Of a DNA stretch of 64,000 nucleotides, positions 37,995 through 45,666 are shown piece by piece. The notes under the pieces were generated by a model. The model ran no database searches. It was given only the letters and a program-made list of their open reading frames with translations, and was not told the DNA's origin. The position numbers were made by a program, and so were the translations under genes. The stretch comes from a virus. Position 1 is the first letter of the stretch, and each line of letters opens with the position of its first letter. Location of the stretch: IMG/VR virus record IMGVR_UViG_637000270_000013; one strand, written 5' to 3'.

Positions 37995-39601
37995 CGTCTT
38001 TCCTCGCTTTCTTCCTGATATGGGCGGAGCGCATGGGATGGGATGTGCCCGACTGTCATTATCGCGCGTGCTACTGGCTTGAGCATCGCGGCAATCTGGC
38101 GGTGCTCCGTTGCTTTCGTGGCTTCGGTAAATCGACGATTCTGGCTGTTTATAATGCCTGGCGGTATTACCGCGATCGGCAGTACCGTATTCTTCACCAG
38201 TCCGAATCGGATTCCACCGCCCGTAAAACCAGTCGCGACACGCAGAATGTGCTGCGTAACCATCCGCTGACGAAAGGTATGTTGGCTAAAAGCATCGGTG
38301 CCGTTGAGCAATGGTCGGTTGAGGGGGCGCATGATAAGCGCAATGCCAGCATGTTCGCAAAGGGGATCCTTTCAAACGTCACCGGCGCGCGGGCGAACGA
38401 ATGCCAAAACGATGACGTGGAAGTCCCCGGCAATATTCAGACGCCAGAAGCCCGTGAAAAGCTGCGTTACCGTCTGAGTGAGCAGACGCATATTCTTATT
38501 CCCGGAGGCCGAAAATTGTTTATCGGTACACCCCATACCCACGACAGCCTGTACGACGAGATGGAAGCTGCTGGCGCGGATTGTCTGACGATTAAACTTT
38601 TTTCCCATGAGTATCGTATCGAGGCGAATGAGGCGGTCAGTCTGCGCTATACGCTGCCGTTTCGACCTGACTATGTCTTTATGGGGATCCACAATGGGGC
38701 GCGACTGCTGGCCGAGCACGTGGATTATCGGCTGACAGAAGACGGTATCGCGTTTGCGGCGCCACCCGAGACGATGATTGATTGTTACGCGGGCTGCCAA
38801 TGGCCCGAACGTTTCAACGCGGAGGAGCTTGAAACCCGGCGTAAGGATTGTCGCACGGTTAACGAATGGGACAGTCAATATCAGCTGCACAGTAAGCCCA
38901 TCGGGGAGGTACGTCTCGATCCTGACCGCATCCGTGAGTACAACGTGCAGCCGGAGATACGCTACGCAAACCGGGCGTGCTCGTTGTGGCTGGGGGCGAC
39001 GCAGATTGTGGGTGCCGTCGCCTGGTGGGACGTGGCAACCGGGAAAGTAAAAGCAGATGCCAGCGCCTTTTCCTTGATGCTGACCGATGCGCGCGGGCAT
39101 CTGTATTGGCAGGTGTGCCAGGCGCTAACCGGAGAATTGGCCGAATTCAATGATAACGACAAAATCACTGGCGGTCAGGTGGTGCAGATACGCGATATGG
39201 TGATCAAATACCAGATCCCCCGCGTGGTAGTGGAAGTCAACGGCCCCGGTAGCTTTGCCGGAAAACTGCTGCGCCAGGCATTAAAAGGTACCGGGTGCGG
39301 CGTCCAGGAAGAATTTACCGTTACCAACAAACAAAAGCGCATTCTTGATGCGTTTGAAGCGCCACTATCATCGCGTTTCCTGTGGGCGCACAGCGATGTG
39401 CTTGACGGTCCGATGTACGACCAGATGCGGGAGTTTAACCCTGCGCTTACCGATCAACCGGATGACTATATTGATTCCGGCGCCGGTGCCATCAGTCAAA
39501 CGCCGGTACGCATCGGTAAAGTAGTCGGGATCCCGACCACTCGGGTGCGCGAAAATTGGCAGTTAAGTGACGGCGAGCACAGCGTCGACGTCGATTACTA
39601 G
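37991..39601 (+). CDS. Terminase large subunit
   Basis: Walker A CFRGFGKST, NDDVE, IGTPH, nuclease WWDVA and QPDDYID motifs. Confidence 0.93.
   Translation: MTSFLAFFLIWAERMGWDVPDCHYRACYWLEHRGNLAVLRCFRGFGKSTILAVYNAWRYYRDRQYRILHQSESDSTARKTSRDTQNVLRNHPLTKGMLAKSIGAVEQWSVEGAHDKRNASMFAKGILSNVTGARANECQNDDVEVPGNIQTPEAREKLRYRLSEQTHILIPGGRKLFIGTPHTHDSLYDEMEAAGADCLTIKLFSHEYRIEANEAVSLRYTLPFRPDYVFMGIHNGARLLAEHVDYRLTEDGIAFAAPPETMIDCYAGCQWPERFNAEELETRRKDCRTVNEWDSQYQLHSKPIGEVRLDPDRIREYNVQPEIRYANRACSLWLGATQIVGAVAWWDVATGKVKADASAFSLMLTDARGHLYWQVCQALTGELAEFNDNDKITGGQVVQIRDMVIKYQIPRVVVEVNGPGSFAGKLLRQALKGTGCGVQEEFTVTNKQKRILDAFEAPLSSRFLWAHSDVLDGPMYDQMREFNPALTDQPDDYIDSGAGAISQTPVRIGKVVGIPTTRVRENWQLSDGEHSVDVDY
39523..39556 (+). 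promoter_or_regulatory. Late-promoter motif copy 4 (tail fibre), embedded in the terL 3' end
   Basis: AGTCGGGATCCCGACC-12 nt-GAAAAT. Confidence 0.65.
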
Positions 39602-39616
39602 CCAGGAGAGTGCGCC

Positions 39617-41722
39617 ATGTCGGTACCCAATCAGACGCCCTACGTTATTTACACTGCGAACGGGCTGACAACGGTTTTTCCGTTTGAATTTTATATTATC
39701 AGTGCCGCAGATCTTCAGGTCACGGTTAACGGCGTCGAAGTGAATACGGGGTATACCGTAACAGGCACGGGTAATCTGGGCGGTGGCAATGTGACATTCC
39801 TTACTCCACCCGCAACTGGCGCGACAGTGATGCTGGAGCGAGTGGTGCCAACGACCCGGTTGACGGATTATCAGGATAACGGCGACATGTTGGCTGATAC
39901 GGTTAACAAGGATTTTGACCGCCTCTGGATGGCGATCCAGCGTTCTTTTGTGCAGCTTGGTTTGGCGCTATGTCGTCCTCTAACAGGTTTACCCTTTAAC
40001 GCTGAAGGTTATCGCATCTCTCGGCTGGGCTCCCCCCTGGATAGGCACGATGCGGCCACGAAAAGCTATAGCGATACGCTTCACGAAAAGGGCAACCGAT
40101 ATGCTGATGAGTTGAATAGCAAAACCAATCAGCATGTTGAAGCGCTAAACCGTGCTACCAATGAACGAGTCGGCCAGCTTCACGCCGATATTTCAAATCG
40201 CGCCTTGCGTGCGCCTGAATCTACGATTTCCCCGATACCGGACGCAGCAACGCGGGCCGGGAAAATACTCTCCTTTGATGAAGATGGTGCGCCGATTGCG
40301 GCGTTGCCGCCCACAGGCACTGCCGCCGATGTGTTAACCGAGCTGGCGAAATCCGATGGCGCGACCCGAATTGGTAGTCAACAGCCGGGTGGTAAAAGAG
40401 AAACTGTGCAGCAGGCGTTGATAAGTAAAGCTGCCCGTGGTGTAAACAGCGATATTACTCATCTCAAAGGTATTGCGGCAGGGTTATCCATAGAAAAGAC
40501 CACCGCAACTAACGGTGTTGCAATTAATATTACTGGTAACGATGAAACTGAAGTCAGTTTTGGTGTGGAAAATGTCAATGGTGGTAGCGCCGTCTTTCAC
40601 AATTATGTCAAAGCGAGGAATGGTGTAGCAGCCGGGGACGGCCAACTGATAGGTGGATATGGCTCTCGTCCGTGGACAGGGAACAACTATACCGAGCATT
40701 CAAATGTCGCACTGCATTTTATACAGTCAGGCTCATGTAGCAACAGCAATCACGGCGGATATTTAAGGATTGTTGCGACCCCTCAAGACAGCACCATCGA
40801 TAAACGTGTTGATGTGGCCTCTTTTAACGGCTTTGGTGACGTGTGGATTGCACCATCGGGTCGTTATCAGTTTACTTACGGTAACGCTAACTGGAGAGAC
40901 CAAGAAGGTCGAGGGCTGTTTATCGCCAGAGAAGGTAATGTCGCAGAAGTTCAGTTAATCAGCGCAAAGAAAAATAATGAAGTATCTCAAGGAATTTTTC
41001 GTGGAATATGCCACGGCGGTACAATGTCGGATCCGATGGCTACGCCTGATGGAGTAAGTACATTTCTTGTTCTTGCTGGGCATAATGGAGAAGGGTTTGA
41101 AATAGCAAAAGCCGGCATTGAATTAAGATCTATGGGAGAATGGAGTACTTCATCTACCCCAGCCTGCATTTATTTTAGCACCTGTAATACTACGGAGAGG
41201 ATTCGTAATAACCGCTGGTGTATAACTGGGCGAGGGGATTTTGTTCCGATTGGTGACAATGCTTACACCGTAGGTAATCAGAATAATCGTATCTCTGCAA
41301 TTTACGCGGCTAACGGTACCATTCAAACCTCTGATGAACGTGAGAAAACAAAGGTGCGCGGTTTTAATAAAAATGAACTTGCCGCTGCAAAATCCTTAGC
41401 TGAAGAAATCGGTTTTTACCGCTGGATAGGAAAATATAAAGAGGAGGGAGAGTCTGCCAGAGAACATTGCGGTATGACAGTACAGAGAGCTATTGAAATC
41501 ATGGTTCAGCATCAACTTAATCCGTTTCACTATGGTTTTATCTGCTATGATTGTTGGGATGAAAAAGAAGTTATCACGCATTATGATGAGTTTGATAAGC
41601 CAGTCAGTGAGAAGAGAGCATCGGGAGATCGCTATAGCTTTCGGCATGACCAGCTTGCACTATTCATTGTTCGTGGACTAGAGGCTCGTATCGATGCTCT
41701 GGAATCACAAATTAAAGTTTAG
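39617..41722 (+). CDS. Tail fibre/spike with C-terminal intramolecular chaperone (peptidase S74)
   Basis: T7-type attachment N-terminus (TTVFPFEF...DFDRLWMAIQ); TIQTSDEREK autocleavage motif near 41330. Confidence 0.9.
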   Translation: MSVPNQTPYVIYTANGLTTVFPFEFYIISAADLQVTVNGVEVNTGYTVTGTGNLGGGNVTFLTPPATGATVMLERVVPTTRLTDYQDNGDMLADTVNKDFDRLWMAIQRSFVQLGLALCRPLTGLPFNAEGYRISRLGSPLDRHDAATKSYSDTLHEKGNRYADELNSKTNQHVEALNRATNERVGQLHADISNRALRAPESTISPIPDAATRAGKILSFDEDGAPIAALPPTGTAADVLTELAKSDGATRIGSQQPGGKRETVQQALISKAARGVNSDITHLKGIAAGLSIEKTTATNGVAINITGNDETEVSFGVENVNGGSAVFHNYVKARNGVAAGDGQLIGGYGSRPWTGNNYTEHSNVALHFIQSGSCSNSNHGGYLRIVATPQDSTIDKRVDVASFNGFGDVWIAPSGRYQFTYGNANWRDQEGRGLFIAREGNVAEVQLISAKKNNEVSQGIFRGICHGGTMSDPMATPDGVSTFLVLAGHNGEGFEIAKAGIELRSMGEWSTSSTPACIYFSTCNTTERIRNNRWCITGRGDFVPIGDNAYTVGNQNNRISAIYAANGTIQTSDEREKTKVRGFNKNELAAAKSLAEEIGFYRWIGKYKEEGESAREHCGMTVQRAIEIMVQHQLNPFHYGFICYDCWDEKEVITHYDEFDKPVSEKRASGDRYSFRHDQLALFIVRGLEARIDALESQIKV

Positions 41723-41729
41723 CAAAACA

Positions 41730-42809
41730 TCACAAATTGGCTCGTGCTCTTATTAAATCTCTAATTTTAGATATTGGTCTATCTATAAGTAATATTGAGA
41801 GTAGTCCCCAAATTACAGATAGACCATATCCAATAAAAAATATTATCCATCCGCGATTTTCCGTTGGTTGTCCACTTATTTGCCATACTACAAGACCTAT
41901 AAAAAAATGACAAAGAAATATAGGGTATGAAAGATCTCCCAAGAACTTAGCTAGTTTTGAAATTTTGCCTGATAACTTTGTTCCATGCAATGCTACAACT
42001 GCTCCAAAAGCAATGATGTTGTTGAAATAGTAGTGAAATGATGCGAATGCCTCGTTACGCTGCCATCCAATATACCAATTGGTAATAAACAAAAATGAGA
42101 AAAGGAAAAGAGAAAATATTTGATATCGCGTAGGTTTGATTAAATCTTTATTTTTCTTTTCTATTGAATGGGATAAAAAGTAACCTAGAGCACCTATGCT
42201 AAAGGGAAGCATTGCGGCTAAAAAGGGAGAATAGGTTGTTATGATGTTGTCGCTAACACTTATTGCATACCAATGATAAATGCTGCTAGCAAGTATTGCT
42301 AATAATGTCCTTTTATATCCTCTAGCCACAAAGCACCAAAGTAAAAAATAGCATGTAATTTCGACAGCAACGGACCATGATGATGTTACTGCCCTGAACA
42401 TGTATCCTTTAAAATCTAAAAATTCAGGAGTTGCAAAAGCATAAAAAGGTGAAATAATAATTTTATCAGATAAAAAAGCCCAAGGTATTAACAATAAGTT
42501 AGCAAGGAACTCTTTAACTGATATATGAAGGCCATAGGACAGATGAAAATCTTTAGGATTATCAATAAAATAAATACATATAATGCCTGTGATGCAGGCA
42601 AGCCAGTAGGAAGGGAAAAGGCGTAAGAATCTATTTGTTGTAAATGGTATCAACTTGAAATTGTAAGTTGTATTAAGAATCATGGTAATCAGATAACCGC
42701 TTATGACATAAAAACAATTTACGGCATACAGTCCAAAATTAGGGAATTTTCCTGATAAATGAAATAAAATTACACACGTCGCAAGAAAAAATCTAATAAT
42801 ACCTAGCAT
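41730..42809 (-). CDS. Acyltransferase-3 (OafA/Oac-like) membrane O-acyltransferase moron
   Basis: RFFLA..VILFH, FYVISGYLI, NRFLRLFPSY, WSVAVEITCY and GDLSYPIFLCH motifs; multi-TM, AT-rich, antisense to the late genes. Confidence 0.9.
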   Translation of the reverse strand: MLGIIRFFLATCVILFHLSGKFPNFGLYAVNCFYVISGYLITMILNTTYNFKLIPFTTNRFLRLFPSYWLACITGIICIYFIDNPKDFHLSYGLHISVKEFLANLLLIPWAFLSDKIIISPFYAFATPEFLDFKGYMFRAVTSSWSVAVEITCYFLLWCFVARGYKRTLLAILASSIYHWYAISVSDNIITTYSPFLAAMLPFSIGALGYFLSHSIEKKNKDLIKPTRYQIFSLFLFSFLFITNWYIGWQRNEAFASFHYYFNNIIAFGAVVALHGTKLSGKISKLAKFLGDLSYPIFLCHFFIGLVVWQISGQPTENRGWIIFFIGYGLSVIWGLLSILLIDRPISKIRDLIRARANL

Positions 42810-42967
42810 ATTTTTTACCGTATAGAAATACTCTTACTTTACATTATGGCACGAATTAACACACAGCAGCAATACCACCACGCCACCATAGTTGATACTT
42901 TTCCTTTTTATGTTTATATAAAAATATGTTAGTAAACCTAGTCCCTAAAAATACCATCGAGTTTTAT

Positions 42968-43001
42968 AGTCAGGATCCCGACCGCTCGCACACCTTACTC
43001 T
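42968..43001 (+). promoter_or_regulatory. Late-promoter motif copy 5 (lysis)
   Basis: AGTCAGGATCCCGACC-12 nt-TACTCT. Confidence 0.75.
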
Positions 43002-43041
43002 CCGTGGCATAACACAGTGTGATTCCCTGCAGGGGTAAGGC

Positions 43042-43254
43042 ATGAGAATGAATAACATCTCGGACGTTGCGGCGGGGCTATCCTACGGCACGTCATTAGG
43101 AAGCGGCGGCTATTGGCTGCTGCAGCTTATGGATACCGTCAGTCCGGGTCAATGGTCAGCTATTGGCGTGCTGGCATCGGTATTTTTTGGTCTTTTGACC
43201 TATCTCACCAATTTGTATTTCAAAATCAAAGATTACCGGCGAAAAAGGCACTAA
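43042..43254 (+). CDS. Class II holin (phage 21 pinholin-like) with dual start
   Basis: Met-Arg-Met start; two TM segments; [11 protein letters not shown]...[12 protein letters not shown] motif. Confidence 0.9.
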   Translation: MRMNNISDVAAGLSYGTSLGSGGYWLLQLMDTVSPGQWSAIGVLASVFFGLLTYLTNLYFKIKDYRRKRH

Positions 43255-43257
43255 GAG

Positions 43258-43785
43258 ATGGCGAGCAAAAGTAAACTCAGTGCGGCCATGTTGGCGTTAA
43301 TCGCTGCCGGAGCGACGAGTACCGCCATTATGTCGCAGTTTCAGGATGAAAAAGAAGGGCTACGGACTGTGGCGTATCAGGACGGGGGCGGTATCTGGAC
43401 TATCTGCGGCGGCACCACGTTCGTTAACGCCAAGCCTGTAGTCAAAGGGATGCGGTTATCTCTGGAACAATGCGAGAAAATTGATAAGGCCGAGCAGGCT
43501 AAAGCATTGGCTTGGGTTGAGCGGAATGTACGTGTGCCACTGACCGAGACGCAAAAAGTGGGTATAGCGTCATTCTGTCCGTGGAGCATAGGGCCGGCCA
43601 GGTGTTTTTCGTCCACGTTCTGGAAAAAGCTCAACGCCGGGGATCGCCGCGGTGCCTGTGCTGAAATCAGGCGCTGGATTTGGGATGGTGGCCGAGATTG
43701 CCGTATCCGTTCAAATGACTGCTACGGTCAGGTGCTGCGGCGTGAACAAGAAGCAGAGCTGACATGCTGGGGACTTGACGAATGA
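43258..43785 (+). CDS. SAR endolysin (GH24 lysozyme)
   Basis: N-terminal weakly hydrophobic SAR helix; E-G...D-GGGIW-T catalytic triad; RREQEAELTC end. Confidence 0.93.
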   Translation: MASKSKLSAAMLALIAAGATSTAIMSQFQDEKEGLRTVAYQDGGGIWTICGGTTFVNAKPVVKGMRLSLEQCEKIDKAEQAKALAWVERNVRVPLTETQKVGIASFCPWSIGPARCFSSTFWKKLNAGDRRGACAEIRRWIWDGGRDCRIRSNDCYGQVLRREQEAELTCWGLDE

Positions 43786-44135
43786 ACGCAAAACTTATCG
43801 CGCTGATTGCTGTTCTCGCTGTGGTCTCCGGGGCATTCTGGGCCGGTTATCTGAAAGGCTGGTACGCCCACAGCGAGCATGTAAACAGACAGGCCAGGGC
43901 AAAGCGCCTGGAAGCAGAAAAAGCAGTGAATACCGGTGAGAAGAAAGCCGTTGATGCCAACGTAGCGGCCAAAGTGATTTACCGAACCGTTTATCGGAAT
44001 GTGGTGAAGTATGTTGACAGTCCGAATCGTAGTGTATGCCAGTTTGATGATGACGCTGTGCAGTTGCGGCAGCGTTCAATCGACGCGGCCAACCATATCC
44101 CCGGATTTGATGATGCCGCCGTGCAAGATAAGTGA
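43782..44135 (+). CDS. Inner-membrane spanin (Rz-like)
   Basis: N-terminal TM segment then periplasmic helix; follows the endolysin. Confidence 0.8.
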   Translation: MNAKLIALIAVLAVVSGAFWAGYLKGWYAHSEHVNRQARAKRLEAEKAVNTGEKKAVDANVAAKVIYRTVYRNVVKYVDSPNRSVCQFDDDAVQLRQRSIDAANHIPGFDDAAVQDK

Positions 44136-44250
44136 CGCCGGGAAGAACAGCGACGAAGATCTGTTGGCGGACATTCAGACCGATGAATGTGCACGTGAAC
44201 TGCGGACCACAATCTACCGCTGGCAGTCGTGGTATGAAGCGACGAAGTGA
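44011..44250 (+). CDS. Outer-membrane spanin lipoprotein (Rz1-like)
   Basis: Lipobox LCSC, Pro-rich linker; overlaps the 3' end of Rz in another frame. Confidence 0.8.
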   Translation: MLTVRIVVYASLMMTLCSCGSVQSTRPTISPDLMMPPCKISDAGKNSDEDLLADIQTDECARELRTTIYRWQSWYEATK

Positions 44251-44313
44251 CTGTCTGTAGTTACGTTATGCAGATAGCAACAGAATTATTATGCAGAAGA
44301 GGGGAGAAATTCT

Positions 44314-44408
44314 TTCCTAACATGGCGTTTGATGTTAGCCGCAAACCCTGCTATATTGGCGCCCTAGTTAGCAATGTTGTTAGGAAGGATTAACATAAGT
44401 TATTGATT
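44314..44408. promoter_or_regulatory. attP right arm: integrase arm sites and IHF site
   Basis: TTCCTAACAT (44314-44323), inverted TGTTAGGAA (44378-44386), and minus-strand AATCAATAACTTA (44396-44408) matching the IHF consensus WATCAANNNNTTR. Confidence 0.7.
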
Positions 44409-44427
44409 AATATCGATAACACGCTCA

Positions 44428-44549
44428 ATTTAAAATCCCTCGGCCTTTGGCTGTACGAGTTCAAGTCTCGTCCCGGGTACCACACAGAAAAAACCATAAT
44501 AATCAACAAGATGCCTTATATTACTCACCGCTGTCAAGGCGGTTTTTTT
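44428..44549 (+). repeat. attR: duplicated tRNA-Leu 3' half plus terminator
   Basis: Direct repeat of 7928-8049, starting in the anticodon loop. Confidence 0.95.
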
Positions 44550-44565
44550 TCGCCTTGAAGTCGAT

Positions 44566-44597
44566 AAGTGGCGATATAATGGCGATGAAGTGGCGAC
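44566..44597 (+). repeat. Three TGGCGA arm-type repeats of a second (HP1/186-like) integrase
   Basis: AAGTGGCGAT, AATGGCGAT and AAGTGGCGAC with an exact 11-bp period. Confidence 0.65.
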
Positions 44598-44917
44598 GGC
44601 CCTCTAGAGTACGCTTTATCTATCTATCCCAGCTTTATCACATACGGCACTATGCCAGTAGATAGAATGCATAACCTAGTAAGTGCGCTTGGATAGACGA
44701 AAACCGTTCTATCTGCTGTGTTACAGCATTATTGAATCGACAGCCGCTGTATTTTACTTCAAATGAATACCGAATGTTGAGGATTTTGAAGCTTTTTGTG
44801 GATCGTTTTTCTTGCTACTATAAATAATGAGTTTTACTCGGATCCTTAAAGTAAACACAGTGAAAAAAATTAAAACGAGAAATTATAAGCTTATTAAGCC
44901 AAGGAGGAGGAGACGAT

Positions 44918-45160
44918 ATGTCTGGCATTGAAGCTCGAGTAATAACACTTGAAGATAGTGTGAAAGAGGTGCAAAAAGAGTTAACGATTCTGAACACTAA
45001 GGCCGATAACTTTGCAACAAAAGTTGGTCTTGAAAAAGTGCGCGTGGAAATTGAAAAAATGCATGTTGGTATATTGCATCAAATGAAAAACCACACGCTC
45101 TGGCTTATCGGTGTCCTAATCAGCATCGCAAGTGTAACCGTTGCTAAACTCATCTTCTAA
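44918..45160 (+). CDS. Small coiled-coil protein with C-terminal TM anchor (DUF1640/XhlA-like)
   Basis: AGGAGG RBS; heptad coiled coil, FATKVGLEK neck, C-terminal LWLIGVLISIASV TM segment. Confidence 0.7.
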   Translation: MSGIEARVITLEDSVKEVQKELTILNTKADNFATKVGLEKVRVEIEKMHVGILHQMKNHTLWLIGVLISIASVTVAKLIF

Positions 45161-45378
45161 TGAATTAAATAAAAAATAATACGCAAAATTATCTATGTGT
45201 AGGATGTTTATGATCGTAGAAATGCGATAAGCGCCCTGCATCATCATCGTGACTCAGGGCAAACGGCAAGCACCTCCCGCTCTTCGCCTGATGCTAAGCC
45301 AGACATGAAGCGTCAGTGATTAACGTGACCTGATCGGCAGCGGGCGCCAGCTCAAAAAGCCTCCGCCCTTGATTTTCC

Positions 45379-45597
45379 CTATCCAAACTGTAGCATTCCC
45401 TGGCCGCTCTGGCTTGGGTGTGGTGGGGCGGGTTCTATCTGCCGGGGAACACAGATAGAACGGGTAAAGGTTTCATGCGTGATGAAGGTGTGACCACAAT
45501 TAATGTTAGTGCATTGATTGTAGCGCTCTCTGGTGGTGGTAATGTAATGGCGGGTACGGGTATGGGCGGCCTGGCCGCAAAGGGGGCAATGCATCAT
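45379..45597 (-). CDS. ogr: Ogr/Delta late activator (zinc finger)
   Basis: MMHCPLCG.AAH.R...ERYNQC.NINCGHTF motif. Confidence 0.92.
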   Translation of the reverse strand: MMHCPLCGQAAHTRTRHYITTTRERYNQCTNINCGHTFITHETFTRSICVPRQIEPAPPHPSQSGQGMLQFG

Positions 45598-45666
45598 GGC
45601 GTGAGTGCTCTCCATACGCGCCCGACTAAGGTCGGTCGTAGCGCCAGTATAGCATTCTGGCTTTTC

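Larger units (their letters stand above)
7928..44549. mobile_element. Apparently intact temperate prophage (lambdoid control region, podovirus-type virion), 36.5 kb
   Basis: att direct repeats offset by exactly 36,500 bp; integrase, xis, cI/cro, O/P, head, tail, terminase and lysis genes with no evident frameshifts. Confidence 0.95.

Noticed and set aside
22597-39100. Many long antisense and alternate-frame ORFs over the structural genes (e.g. 26934-27731, 38372-39100)
   Set aside because: Shadow ORFs of GC-rich coding sequence, with no motifs or RBS
23464-41722. Diversity-generating retroelement, expected because the virion genes are BPP-1-like
   Set aside because: No reverse transcriptase ORF, and no template/variable repeat pair differing at adenines near the tail fibre
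44620-44700. Possible structured RNA (CTATCTA/TAGATAG stem with inner GGCA/TGCC hairpin)
   Set aside because: Short low-complexity stems with no clear promoter or terminator; could be chance
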